Shown piece after piece: positions 1 to 12,385 of a DNA stretch of 64,000 nucleotides. This DNA comes from Macrostomum hystrix (taxonomy: Eukaryota; Animalia; Platyhelminthes). The position numbers were made by a program, and so were the translations under genes. Numbering within the stretch: position 1 is the first letter of the stretch; each line of letters starts with the position of its first letter. The stretch lies in assembly GCA_950097015.1 (NCBI GenBank), contig CATNEN010000003.1:4774001-4838000 (forward strand), read 5' to 3'. Under the pieces are notes generated by a model. The model was not told where the DNA came from. It did no database searches and saw only the letters and a list, made by a program, of their open reading frames with translations.

Positions 1-312
1 GTTACGATGAAAAATGAAAACATCCAAAAAACAGAAGAAGACAGAATTGATTTCGACGCACATTTAAACACTTTCGATGAATGCAAAAGACAGACAGAAA
101 CAATTGTGCTCCAACAGTGAAAGTGAAAGAGTTGAAAAGTTTTATACGAAAAAGACACTATAGCGTTACAAAATCGCACTAACAGAACAGACACTTGAGC
201 GCATAAGATAAAATAACTTACAATAAAACCAGACGGAGAGTTTGACTCGCGGAATCCGAGAAATACAGAGTAGGTCTTCTTCGAGAATTATAAATTCTAG
301 TAAAAGAAGAAT

Positions 313-1794
313 TCACACGGTGACCTCATTGTCGCCATCCTGTTGGTCAGCCTGCGGGCTATTGTCTCCCTGGCTATCTTCCGAGTCGTCGTCAAACTCT
401 GGCGCGAACGGATTCTCGCGTTTAGCCAGCTTAAGCAGCACCTGAGGCGGATGCAATAGGTGCAATGAGTCCATGTCGATATAGGACAGGAATGCAATCA
501 CTTCAGCTGGACACCTGGTTGCTAGCCGCCTGAGTTTAGCGTTGAAGTCAACACCTCCGATGTGGCGTCTGACTGCATTGCGAGACTGCAGTCTGAGCGA
601 CATCGGGCGCCTGTTAAAATCTGAGCAGGCTTTTTGCAGAGTCTCCAGATTGTCTTTGAACTCTTGACGCCTTTGAGAATATCGTTTTGCGTACAGCTTC
701 CTCAGGGATAGATTCTCAAGGCTCTCGCTGATCTCTTCGCTAGTTGGATGACTGCTGCTCAACGATAAGAAGTTGATGAGCAGTAGGGCGGCCTCCTGGA
801 TGATTGGCGGAAGTTCGACGCCAGACTCGTATTGGTCAAGGCGCGGATGGCACAGCAGGCAGATTAGAATGCCGAACCAGTTGTGAGAAGAGGAGAGAAA
901 TTCGAGGCATTCAAATTCTGAGAAGCCTGCTTTGATTAAACTGCGCACGGTGAAAATCTCAGCGCATGAGTCGCTCTGCTCTGGAATGTCTGGCACTGTA
1001 TTGTTCTCGTTTGTGTACTTGGTCAGGTACCAGTTCAGTGAGTAGCCTAACGAGTTGAACAGTATGATCGAATCGATGCGATGAACATCGATGCTGCGTA
1101 ATAGCAGCTGTGGCAACTGCTGAAAGAAATAATAAAATGTTGACGGCGATGAGTAGCCAACCGCTGATGAGCTCATTCGCTGCATCTCTTCTCCGAGGAA
1201 CTCGTAGATTGATCCGAAGTAATAGTCTAGCGCCGATTGGTAGGTATAGTGGCCCTTAGTCCAGAACTTCTTGTAGGGCACCATTGCCGAGCGATTGCTT
1301 GCAGCCGGGGAGAAGTTCCAACGCTTACACTGTAGAGGTCTATTAGGATCGTGACCGTAGCGAGCTAGTATGGGCAGCATCTGCCACTGCTGATTGTCCA
1401 CCGCCCATACCACTGGCGAGCATTCCTGGTGGAAGTGCAGGAACGGATCCTGGCTGCGGTTAGTCCAGGCTAAGAAGTTTGGACTTAGATGGCGTCGCTT
1501 CACCGAGACAACCACCTTGGAGGGAGCCACTGTGCGTAGCTTACGCAATATCCTCTCAACTGATCGAGTATTGCCCAGCTGAATGTGATGAGCCAGACGG
1601 TCTGTCAGTTTTTCAATCGAATCCACCGTAGATGAGTCAACTCGACTACCGGCGCTGCCGGCGCCGAAGCACGCGCCGAATAAGCAAGCGGCGCCGCCCG
1701 CTCCGCCGGTGCCACTGCTGACCGTTGAAGTTGTCGAATGGTTGCTCTTGGTTGAGGCTCGCTTTGAACGGACTAGCCTGCCCGTTTGTGACAT
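313..1794 (-). CDS. Intronless ankyrin-like repeat / C-terminal SOCS-box protein (ASB-like)
   Basis: 493-aa ORF. Ankyrin-like segment SPVVWAVDNQQWQMLPILARYGHDPN. C-terminal PMSLRLQSRNAVRRHIG...LRRLATRCPAEVIAFL resembles a SOCS box (BC box plus cullin box). Acidic tail. Confidence 0.65.
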   Translation of the reverse strand: MSQTGRLVRSKRASTKSNHSTTSTVSSGTGGAGGAACLFGACFGAGSAGSRVDSSTVDSIEKLTDRLAHHIQLGNTRSVERILRKLRTVAPSKVVVSVKRRHLSPNFLAWTNRSQDPFLHFHQECSPVVWAVDNQQWQMLPILARYGHDPNRPLQCKRWNFSPAASNRSAMVPYKKFWTKGHYTYQSALDYYFGSIYEFLGEEMQRMSSSAVGYSSPSTFYYFFQQLPQLLLRSIDVHRIDSIILFNSLGYSLNWYLTKYTNENNTVPDIPEQSDSCAEIFTVRSLIKAGFSEFECLEFLSSSHNWFGILICLLCHPRLDQYESGVELPPIIQEAALLLINFLSLSSSHPTSEEISESLENLSLRKLYAKRYSQRRQEFKDNLETLQKACSDFNRRPMSLRLQSRNAVRRHIGGVDFNAKLRRLATRCPAEVIAFLSYIDMDSLHLLHPPQVLLKLAKRENPFAPEFDDDSEDSQGDNSPQADQQDGDNEVTV

Positions 1795-3043
1795 TGCTGG
1801 ATGCCTGGCGGTTGTCCTTCTGATGTACCTTATACACTGTCTACCTGTCTTCAGCCTCTGCTGCTGATGCTGCTTGTTTTATTCCTATTTAACAGACCAG
1901 ACGGTCTGGAATGGCTCTGGTAAAAATGAGATGGTCGTGTAGGAAAACTGCTGTTCACTGCATTGGCCTATTATATATATATACATTCGCGCACACCGCG
2001 CTCTCTCTGGTATTAGAAAGTCACTGCCGTCCTAAAGAAGCAGCGGAGGGGTGGGCTGCTCGAGAAAAGTGTAAAGAGGATAGAAAAGCGTACGAAGAGC
2101 AAGAGAAGGAGAGAGAAAGAGAGGGTGAAATAGGGTAAGTACGATAGAGAAGGGTATGAACAGCCTGAGCGGCTACTTTGCTTCGACCCCAGGGTGGGTT
2201 GGTGAAAAGAGACAGGGACAGGCCGGCAGAAAAGTACGAATAATCGCCACAGCAAGGGCGGGCTTTAGCAGAGGTAGGTTGCGGCGGGGGTAGAAAAATA
2301 GTAGAGAGACGCAAGCACCAGCCTTATCGCCGCCTCTGGTTGGTTTGATCAGGGGTGGGGGTTAGCTAGATCTACAGAGCTACAGTGCGAGAGAGACAGA
2401 GAGGAGAGAGATCAATAAAATCTCTCTCCCTGTGTCTCTTCATAATTTATGCGCACGCCAAAGTCGACTGCGCGTTGCAGTACACTCTTAGAAGCAGCAG
2501 CAGCAGCAGCAGCGGCAGCAGCAGCGGCGGCGTTGGGCAAAATGCGGAGTAGTCAAAGCCTCTCTTACCAAAGCCGTTTAGAGGGTAGGGGAGAGACAGA
2601 ACGATCGCATTCGCGCCATCCTTCTCTCATTCTCTTCCTCTCCTATTGTCAATAGCCTTATTGCCTTCTTTTTAATCCTCTCCTTTTTTGCCTCTAATTC
2701 TCTTTTTGTCTTACCTGGTGAGTGTGTCAGAAATCCTCTGCTTAGAGTGGGTCGTGCTCGGAAAGATTTTTGAAATATCATTTTTAAGCACTGTATTGCC
2801 ATTTGTCGTAAAAAATAACTAGCAAATACACAACGGGTATACGCATGTATCAGAACAGAAAAATATTTACACTGTAAATAGCCATCATATTTGCCGCTAA
2901 TTATCTTGGAAACTTTACACTTAGCTTGGCATCAAGTTTTATCGATTCGATCAAAATTATAATGTACTTTTTCAATTGTGTATATCATTTGAAAGGAATC
3001 CCATTCCATAGTTTTGCAAGTCTATGAATGAAATCCTAATTTT

Positions 3044-3500
3044 ATAAAATCCCAAATCGATGGGATTCTCTAGCTACGTTGAAATCCCAAATCGATGGGA
3101 TTCTCCAGCTACGTTGAAATCCCAAATCGATGGGATTCTCTAACTACGAAAAAAATCCCAAAATAAATGGGATTCTCTAAATACGATAAAATCCCAAATC
3201 GATGGGATTCTCTAGCTACGTTGAAATCCCAAATCGATGGGATTCTCCAGCTACGTTGAAATCCCAAATCGATGGGATTCTCTAACTACGAAAAAAATCC
3301 CAAAATAAATGGGATTCTCTAAATACGATAAAATCCCAAATCGATGGGATTCTCTAGCTACGTTGAAATCCCAAATCGATGGGATTCTCCAGCTACGTTG
3401 AAATCCCAAATCGATGGGATTCTCTAACTACGAAAAAAATCCCAAAATAAATGGGATTCTCTAAATACGATAAAATCCCAAATCGATGGGATTCTCTAAC
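3044..3500. repeat. 35-36 bp minisatellite with a 142-bp higher-order period
   Basis: Monomer cores CCCAAA at 3051, 3086, 3121, 3157, 3193, 3228, 3263, 3299, 3335. Each monomer contains the inverted repeat AATCCCA-N6-7-TGGGATT. Confidence 0.9.
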
Positions 3501-4047
3501 TATATTTTTAGATGTAATCCCTAATAGATAATATTTTTCATTGCGAATCAAATCAGGAGGGATTTTTACTAGGATAAAATCTAAAATCGATGTGATTTTC
3601 CAAATACGATAAAATCCAAAATTGCTAAATGTGATTCTAACTTTGATAAAGTTATAAACGATTAAAATTAGATGAAATCCCCAATTATAGATGAATCCCA
3701 TCATTGGTGAAAACCCAAAACTGAAAAGGGCTAAATGGTGTTTGTTACATCCTAGTAAAGTTAATTTCCCACTTTTTTAGTAGTTTCAAGTTTCCAATTT
3801 TTTTCCTTAACTAGGATTTTTCACACAGTGTTCGTATCTTATCTCAATGATTTTGTTTTTCTGTACACCTCTGTATTGCTTGGGGCTAGCTTTATTTACC
3901 CGAACTCTTATATCTATATTGGAAGGTAAAGTGATCGTGCATTTTACTGTTACAAGCATAGTTGTCCGCATTTTGCAGATAAGCATATTTACTTTGCTGA
4001 CATGTTTCTGCCTACCTGCCAGATATAGGTTAAACTGCATGTTATCC

Positions 4048-4538
4048 CCCTACCTGAATTGCCATCCGCTCCCTACCTGAATTGCCATCCGCTCCCTACC
4101 TTAATTGCCATCCGCTCCCTACCTGAATTGCCATCCGCTCCCTACCTGAATTGCCATCCGCTCCCTACCTGAATTGCCATCCGCTCCCTACCTGAATTGC
4201 CATCCGCTCCCTACCTGAATTGCCATCCGCTCCCTACCTGAATTGCCATCCGCTCCCTACCTGAATTGCCATCCGCTCCCTACCTGAATTGCCATCCGCT
4301 CCCTACCTGAATTGCCATCCGCTCCCTACCTGAATTGCCATCCGCTCCCTACGTGAATTACCATCCGCTCCTTACCTGAATTGCCATCCGCTCCTTACCT
4401 GAATTGCCATCCGCTCCCTACCTGAATTGCCATCCGCTCCCTACCTTTATTACCATCCGCTCACAATCTTTATTGCCATCCGCTCACAACCTTTTTTGCC
4501 ATCCGCTCCCTATCTGAATTACCATCCGACTCCTACCC
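4048..4538. repeat. 23-bp tandem repeat (CCCTACCTGAATTGCCATCCGCT)n
   Basis: About 21 copies, ending just upstream of the ACAD splice acceptor. Confidence 0.95.
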
Positions 4539-4557
4539 AATTCTCTCACTTCCACAG

Positions 4558-5138
4558 GCGGTCACGCTGAAGTCCGCTTCGACAATGTCCGGGTGCCAGT
4601 CGATAACATTCTTCTAGGCGAAGGTCGCGGGTTCGAAATCGCCCAAGGCCGTCTAGGACCTGGTCGGGTGCATCACTGTATGCGCCTGATTGGACATTGC
4701 GAACGGGCCATCGAGCTCGCCTGCCAGAGAGCTGTCTCGCGGGTGGCGTTTGGCAAGCCGCTGGCAGCTCAGAGCAGCGTCCAACGCGACATCGCCTGGA
4801 GTCGGGCCCAGTTGGAAGCGGCTAGGCTGCTAGTACTGAAAACCGCCTACCTGATGGACACAGTCGGCAATAAATCCGCTATGAAGGAGATCGCCCTGAT
4901 CAAAGTGATGACGCCGACTGTTGCCACGGAGATTATCGATCGGGCTATTCAAATTCACGGCGGCGCCGGATTGTCATTGGACCTGCCACTGTCCGTGCTG
5001 TACACCTGGTCAAGGGTGCTGCGACTTGCCGACGGTCCAGACGAAGTTCACCTGCGCTCCGTGGCCAAACTGGAACTGAAACCGCACGTTGTGAAGCTGG
5101 CTGGCAGTGGCGCCAGTGTCAGAGCTTCCAAGCTCTGA
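4558..5138 (+). CDS. Last coding exon of an ACAD10/ACAD11-type acyl-CoA dehydrogenase; C-terminal PTS1 (SKL)
   Basis: Acceptor ttctctcacttccacag ends at 4557. Reads [42 protein letters not shown]...AIQIHGGAG...[10 protein letters not shown]...RASKL*, typical of the ACAD10/11 C-terminal domain. Confidence 0.9.
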
Positions 5139-5819
5139 ACATCTTCAGCGTGCTTTTTTTCAATTGTAGTTTGACTGCCTGATTAAGGAAAATTATTCAA
5201 TTTTTTATTGATTCACATGGCTTGACTTCTAGTACGTTGTGTTAAATATATTTTTAATGATTTTTTTAAGTATAATGATCAGATCAGAGAGTAGAAGCAA
5301 TGTTTTATGAAAATTAGTTTGAAACAAATGACAATTTAACAACATACTTTTTGATTGTTCATTATTGTTACTTCATAATAATTTTTAGTGACGAGTTGAG
5401 GCTATAGTGAACTGGTTCTTGTTTTTTGCGTCTGAATTGTTGACCTTTTAAGCGTGTTTAAAGAATTCCTTAACTTTTTTAAGAAATTGCAAAAATATTT
5501 ACCAGACTAAAAGCGTAATTAGCTTGGCTCGTATTTGTCCTTCAATTTTTTTTGCTTTTCTATTGATTTTCATATATTCACCTCCTTTTGTTACATTAGC
5601 CGTATTAGCTAATTCTCCTTTGCAAGGATTAACTGGAGGTCAATGATGATTTGAAAAGTTTGTTTATCTCAAATATAATTATCTCAGAGATTGCGTTTGT
5701 AATGAAATAATAAATTTGCTAAGTGATTCTAAGGGTATTCATAATCGTTTAGATAACGATGCTAAATTGAGGATAAGCTGAAGGATAAAAACAAATTTTT
5801 TGATTGCATGAATAGTTAA

Positions 5820-6376
5820 TCAGAGAGAGCAGGGAGAGTAGATAAGAGAAAGCAGGGAGATTGGATAAGTGAGAAACAGGGAGATTAGATAAGAGAGAGC
5901 AGGGAGATTAGATAAGAGAAAGCAGGGAGATTAGATAAGAGAAAGCAGGGAGATTAGATAAGAGAAAGCAGGGAGATTAGATAAGAGAGAGCAGGGAGAT
6001 TAGATAAGAGAGAGCAGGGAGATTAGATAAGAGAGAGCAGGGAGATTAGATAAGAGAGAGCAGGGAGATTAGATAAGAGAGAGCAGGGAGATTAGATAAG
6101 AGAGAGCAGGGAGATTAGATAAGAGAGAGCAGGGAGATTAGATAAGAGAAAGCAGGGAGATTAGATAAGAGAGAGCAGGGAGATTAGATAAGAGAGAGCA
6201 GGGAGATTAGATAAGAGAGAGCAGAGAGATTTGATAAGAGAGAGCAGGGAGATTAGATAAGAGAAAGCAGGGAGATTAGATAAGAGAGAGCAGGGAGATT
6301 AGATAAGAGAGAGCAGGGAGATTAGATAAGAGAAAGCAGGGAGATTAGATAAGAGAGAAACAGGGAGAGTAGATAA
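5820..6376. repeat. 22-bp purine-rich satellite (GCAGGGAGATTAGATAAGAGAR)n
   Basis: Direct tandem copies. Paralogous array at 17515-19020. Confidence 0.95.
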
Positions 6377-6842
6377 CATTGTGTTAGGAGCAAGTGAGAA
6401 CTGCCGTATAGACAGGAAACTCATAAAAGTGCAAGCACTTCTTTCTTGCTCAAAGGCCCAGTGCGCTAAAAATAGCTATCTCTTGAGGCTATGCAAACTT
6501 TCCTGGAATAAGTATGAGGATGCTCGAGGAGTCCTCGAGGAGTTTTTGGTCATGTGAGGCTTAGTTTGAATCCAATTCGCTCTAGGCAGACACAAATAGA
6601 ACTCTTATATATGTAAAGGATCTATTTAGGGAATGAGGCCACTTTTGATTTGGGAGAAATGCTTGGATTATATCTGATCTTCTGGCGTCTTGTCCGAATT
6701 TGGCTGGTGTAGTTTGCTTAATTCAAAGTAATTTTCACCTTCCTACATTTTTCTGATTACATTTCGACAAAATTTATACTTTTCTTTGACAGAAAATTCC
6801 CAAACTCTAGTTCTAATTTCGATTTTTCCTAATTTTAATTTT

Positions 6843-7165
6843 ATAATAATAATAATAATAATAATAATAATTGATTACACCTGCCCCAATTGGGCCAAAT
6901 GTGCAGCCGACAGCACAGCCGCAGCTACTGCGCGGCGCATCTGAAGGCTGCGTACTGCTGTTCAGTCCATGGACTGGGGGGACGCCACACCCACCTTCAA
7001 TTATCCCAGCTGATGCTGGTACCCATTTAACAGCTGGGTGAACTGTATAGCAATGCAGAGTTCAGTATCGTGCTAAAAGAGGGACAAATTGTTTGAGTCA
7101 GGAATCGAACTCCCGACCTTCAAGTCGTTAGTCCGACGCCCTAACCACTAGGCTACAACCTCTCT
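6843..7165 (-). mobile_element. tRNA-derived SINE, family B
   Basis: Reverse complement shows an A box (TAGCCTAGTGG), a B box (GTTCGATTCC), the body CACCCAGCTGTTAAATGGGTACC, a conserved 3' end and an (ATT)n tail. Homologous to copies at 52610, 56245 and 59210. Confidence 0.85.
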
Positions 7166-7579
7166 TTAATATAACAAAAATGCACCGTTTTTAAAACAAG
7201 TTCTTTTTAATTCCATGCTTCCAACAATAAAACATTTCCTTATCAAACTTATCAAGAAATAAGCTAGATAGTTTTTATAGAATAAAACTGTTGCTGCTGC
7301 TGTTGTTTCGACAAGTATAACAAGTTTTCACATTCGATGACTTTGACTTGGCAACGAGAGAAACTCTCTGTGATATCAAACGTGCCAATTCACATCATCA
7401 GATGTTCTAATTTTAGAATTTCGAGCTCAGAAGTCGTTCCCTTTTGTGTTTGAGATCACAACATTGTTTCCCAATGTGTTAATATTGAATATATTGAGAA
7501 GGAAAGAAAATATTTATGATTGAAATTTGGGAATTCGCAAAATTATTTCTTATAAATCTTCACAGGTCAACTTTTCCTC

Positions 7580-9200
7580 AGACAATGTGTGTCCTGTTAG
7601 ACAATGTGTGTGTCCTGTTAGACAATGTGTGTGTCCTGTTAGACAATGTGTGTCCTGTTAGACAATGTGTGTCCTGTTAGACAATGTGTGTGTCCTGTTA
7701 GACAATGTGTGTCCTGTTAGACAATGTGTGTCCTGTTAGACAATGTGTGTCCTGTTAGACAATGTGTGTCCTGTTAGACAATGTGTGTGTCCTGTTAGAC
7801 AATGTGTGTCCTGTTAGACAATGTGTGTCCTGTTAGACAATGTGTGTCCTGTTAGACAATGTGTGTCCTGTTAGACAATGTGTGTCCTGTTAGACAATGT
7901 GTGTCCTGTTAGACAATGTGTGTCCTGTTAGACAATGTGTGTCCTGTTAGACAATGTGTGTCCTGTTAGACAATGTGTGTCCTGTTAGACAATGTGTGTC
8001 CTGTTAGACAATGTGTGTCCTGTTAGACAATGTGTGTCCTGTTAGACAATGTGTGTGTCCTGTTAGACAATGTGTGTCCTGTTAGACAATGTGTGTCCTG
8101 TTAGACAATGTGTGTCCTGTTAGACAATGTGTGTCCTGTTAGACAATGTGTGTCCTGTTAGACAATGTGTGTCCTGTTAGACAATGTGTGTGTCCTGTTA
8201 GACAATGTGTGTCCTGTTAGACTATGTGTGTCCTGTTAGACAATGTGTGTCCTGTTAGACAATGTGTGTCCTGTTAGACAATGTGTGTGTCCTGTTAGAC
8301 AATGTGTGTCCTGTTAGACAATGTGTGTGTCCTGTTAGACAATGTGTGTCCTGTTAGACAATGTGTGTGTCCTGTTAGACAATGTGTATCCTGTTAGACA
8401 ATGTGTGTCCTGTTAGACAATGTGTGTGTCCTGTTAGACAATGTGTGTCCTGTTAGACAATGTGTGTCCTGTTAGACAATGTGTGTCCTATTAGACAATG
8501 TGTGTCCTGTTACACAATGTGTGTCCTGTTAGACAATGTGTGTCCTGTTAGACAATGTGTGTCCTGTTAGACAATGTGTGTGTCCTGTTAGACAATGTGT
8601 GTCCTGTTAGACAATGTGTGTCCTGTTAGACAATGTGTGTCCTGTTAGACAATGTGTGTCCTATTAGACAATGTGTGTCCTGTTACACAATGTGTGTCCT
8701 GTTAGACAATGTGTATCCTGTTAGACAATGTGTGTCCTGTTAGACAATGTGTGTCCTGTTAGACAATGTGTGTGTCCTGTTAGACAATGTGTGTCCTGTT
8801 AGACAATGTGTGTCCTATTAGACAATGTGTGTCCTGTTACACAATGTGTGTCCTGTTAGACAATGTGTATCCTGTTAGACAATGTGTGTCCTGTTAGACA
8901 ATGTGTGTCCTGTTAGACAATGTGTGTCCTGTTACACAATGTGTGTGTCCTGTTAGACAATGTGTGTGTCCTGTTAGACAATGTGTGTCCTGTTAGACAA
9001 TGTGTGTCCTGTTAGACAATGTGTGTGTCCTGTTAGACAATGTGTGTGTCCTGTTAGACAATGTGTGTGTCCTGTTAGACAATGTGCGTCCTGTTATACA
9101 ATGTGTGTGTCCTGTTAGACAATGTGTGTGTCCTGTTAGACAATGTGTGTCCTGTTAGACAATGTGTGTGTCCAGTTAGACAATGTGTGTGTCCTGTTAG
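7580..9200. repeat. 19/21-bp satellite (AGACAATGTGTGTCCTGTT)n
   Basis: About 80 near-perfect copies, with TG-dinucleotide length variants. Confidence 0.95.
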
Positions 9201-9865
9201 GCAGTGTTTGTTATCTTTTTAGGAGGCCAGTATAAAAGTTAGATATAGAAAAGCCTCTTATAAATATAGAAAAAGTGTGCAGAATTATAAGTAATCTTTG
9301 AGATTGTCGAACTCGTACAGGTAAAAAACTATCGCAGCCATATTAGGAAAGAGTAAATCGAGTTTTACGAGTCACCTGAGTTAACTGGTTTCGTATTTCA
9401 GCCTAAATTAAATCGACCGGCAGTCTCTGACCTTGTGGCTGTGTCCTCGATGGCTAAGAGTAGCATGTGGCGCGTCTCAATTGACCAATATCTCACTGAC
9501 CCAAGCTGCCATAACACTTTATTCTTGCACACAAAGAGAATTCACTAAGCACTGTGCTGCACATAGTGCAACGCTTCTAGTCATTCCCGCGGCTTTAATA
9601 TATGAATTATCAGAGGAAATAAACGGAGTAAAAGGCACTGCGTCATCTGCTAAATCACTAATAAATATTGAAGTTTTCTTTTCTAATTAATTATTTTTCT
9701 ATTTTAATTTTTGTTTATATTCGTTCCATTGCTATTATAATTATTTTTCTTTATCAAACATTCAGAAATAATTACTTTCGGTTACAATAAAAAAGTACAC
9801 AGTAACCGATATTACATTACAAACTTACATTAAAATATTGTGAAGCATACACATATTAACTTTAT

Positions 9866-10133
9866 ATTATTGAACTGGGTCATATTAAACTTGGTCATCT
9901 TAAACTGGTTCATATTAAACTGGGTAATATTAAACTGGGTAATATTAAACTGGGTCATATTAAACTGGGTAATATTAAACTGGTTCATATTAAACTGGGT
10001 AATATTAAACTGGGTAATATTAAACTGGGTAATATTAAACTGGGTAATATTAAACTGGGTAATATTAAACTGGGTAATATTAAACTGGGTAATATTAAAC
10101 TGGGTAATATTTAACTGGGTAATATTAAACTGG
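9866..10133. repeat. 15-bp tandem repeat (TAAACTGGGTAATAT)n
   Basis: Direct tandem copies. Explains the spurious NITQF and ILNWV ORFs. Confidence 0.95.
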
Positions 10134-10258
10134 GGCCCAGCCGCGGAGAAAAGGCTTGGTGGCTTGTCGTGCAATTTCTGGCTCTGAAGGCCCACCTCCA
10201 AGGCACAGTGAAGTGTACACTGCCTGACGATGAGTCAGGACGTGAACCTGGAAGTACA
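10134..10258 (+). mobile_element. Fragment of SINE family A
   Basis: CAGCCGCGGAGAAAAGGCTTGG...CCTCCAAGGCACAGTGAAGTGTACACTGCCTGACGATGAG matches the body of the 49338 and 55035 copies. Confidence 0.8.
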
Positions 10259-10879
10259 TATGGCTATAATAAGATTAATGGGAATGTGGCCTGAAAATCT
10301 ACTAAGAGAGGCGGGGTAAATTTGGGATAAGGAATTTAAGATTTTGGAATTAGGGAGGTAGTGTTCGGAAAGACGGGAAACTCAGTCGGAATCTAAAGAT
10401 CCCGGGGCCGAGGCCTCGCTGGCGTACCAGGACTCCCAGCCTGACATCCGCCACCACCTTAGGCGCCTTCCTGCAACTCTATGTTTTGAGCTGCCAGCAG
10501 GTCCTGAACACGCTGCTGCATGGGCGGGCCCTTCAGCACATAGTCGGCGCCTTCCTACATCTCGACAATTGAGATGCCGGGTGTGGCTCGGATGGCGGTG
10601 ATCGTGTCCGACTTCAGGGTCAACTAGCATCGAGTTGTGGATGCCAGCCATCGGGAAGGCCTCATCGATAAGCCAGTAGAGCTCGCAGACGCCGCCGCAA
10701 CCGGCCAGGATAGCAGCTATCCCTGCGGACGGCGCTGGTTTGTCCATTATACTCGGCCATGATCGTCTGAGTTTAAGAATGAAAGCAAAGCGCAAAGCCG
10801 TAAAGCATGCTGCACCAACTAGCTATAATCACTGGCTTGAGACGCTGCCGCAGCCGCCACCGCCGCAATGAAATCGGTG

Positions 10880-10888
10880 TATATAAAA
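10880..10888 (+). promoter_or_regulatory. Putative TATA box of EGFR-like gene 1
   Basis: TATATAAAA, conserved in copy 2 (32265). Followed by a conserved candidate donor GTGAGT (~11047) and a candidate acceptor CTCGCTGACAG (~12353) just before the signal-peptide ATG. Confidence 0.45.
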
Positions 10889-11877
10889 CCGTCAGTTCGG
10901 TTTTAACAGCAGCAAATTAAAATAGCAAAGAGTGAGAGTCAATCTGTGTCAGTATCGGTAGTCAATCAATCTCGTTATCAATTATAGCAATTATAGCAAT
11001 ATGTATTGAGTTTATTGCATTACAAGTATATAAATAGATAGTGCGTGTGAGTAAATCGTTTCAAGTTAGCGAATATATTGTTGTCAGTTTTTGCTGCTGC
11101 TGCTAATTTCCTAGTAAGACGCGGCTCACTCTGGAAGGGAGAGGGCCCGAAGTTCGAAAAAAGAAGCGCGCCCTGCACTATATACTACATTTGTTTACTC
11201 TTTAGCAAACCCCGTAAAACATTCGATTTTCCAGTGAACAGCACACCCACCCCATCCAGCTTGATCTTCCTCCTCAAAAGCAGTGCAGAGCCAGCCAGAC
11301 GGGCCTGCCAATGGAAAGACTTTGATCGTCTTTAGTCTATGACCAAAGGGGTTAAATTATCGATTGGTTAAAGCAGAAGCTTCTCTTCTTAAAATCAGGG
11401 CAGTGTTCCTTTCACACCCTTCTACCACAGACAATGAATTTAGAGGCAGGACCGCCCCTATTGATTTCGAAGGTTTTAAGTTGGGTTGCAACTTTGGCAA
11501 GCAAAGGAGCAGTCTTTTAGTTTTAGCCCGGCCCAACTGCTCGATTGAGCTGCAGCTTACAGTCCAATCTATTTCAGACAGCAAAGATTCATCCACAATT
11601 CGAAGTAGCAGTCAGCCTTTTCGTCAGCCATCTATTTGCTTGGACTATATTTATACAGGCTACGGATATAATATCGACAGAGAGCCACAGGATCTATTAT
11701 TATGTCGATAAGGATCGAATAAGGATAAGGATCGAATATATTTCTACGCACCTCAGAACTGCAATACACTTACAGAGATATTATAACTATAGAGAACTGC
11801 AGGACTATTTTGTTTATCAAGAGAGAGAGAGCTGCATGCGACATTTATTTACAGAACGATAGTGATAGGGTAAAACA

Positions 11878-11905
11878 TAACCCTAACCCTAACCCTAACC
11901 CTAAC
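11878..11905. repeat. Interstitial telomeric repeat (TAACCC)4+
   Basis: Four perfect TAACCC units plus TAAC. Confidence 0.85.
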
Positions 11906-12385
11906 AGATCGATACTTACATGTACAAATTATTGCAGGGCTTATTATATATACAAAGGCAAATAGAAAGGCCTATTATATTAGCACAGCATGTATTGCCG
12001 TATTTATGAACAGAGACTTACACGGCTTATTTGATATATAAAGCATTTTTCTTATTTGCAGCGCAACAGCATTAATCAGCAGCATCAGCATCAGAATCAG
12101 CAGCAGCATCAGTAGCACCAGCTCGACAGCACCGTTTGCCAGTGCCAATTTCGAGGTGAGATAAGTATTCCATTGTACGGCTGGATTGCGTAGTTAGCCT
12201 CTGCGAAATATAATCGAGTAGACTTTAGCATGGAAATATTCGAATTGCCTTTCCGTGTTTGTTTGCTTGTTGTCGTACCGATGCCAATCAAAAGACCTAG
12301 AGTCTGTGTCAATCAGTGTCAATCATGTGTTGGCTCCGCAATTCTCGCTGACAGGTGCAGGGAAGAGGAAATTTGCGCAATTTCA

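Noticed and set aside
3044-3500. Palindromic ~24-bp repeats with short intervening sequences, resembling a CRISPR array
   Set aside because: The intervening sequences are only ~11 bp and recur with a 142-bp period. There are no cas genes and the context is eukaryotic. It is a minisatellite.
10382-10735. GC-rich minus-strand ORF, possibly a decayed retroelement ORF1 fragment
   Set aside because: No recognisable motif, and the ORF start lies in sequence shared with copy 2's promoter region. It cannot be assigned without a search.
12230-12385. Upstream in-frame ATG extension of the EGFR-like ORFs (also 35257-35412)
   Set aside because: It precedes a clear signal peptide and contains a likely splice acceptor, so it is probably intron/UTR.
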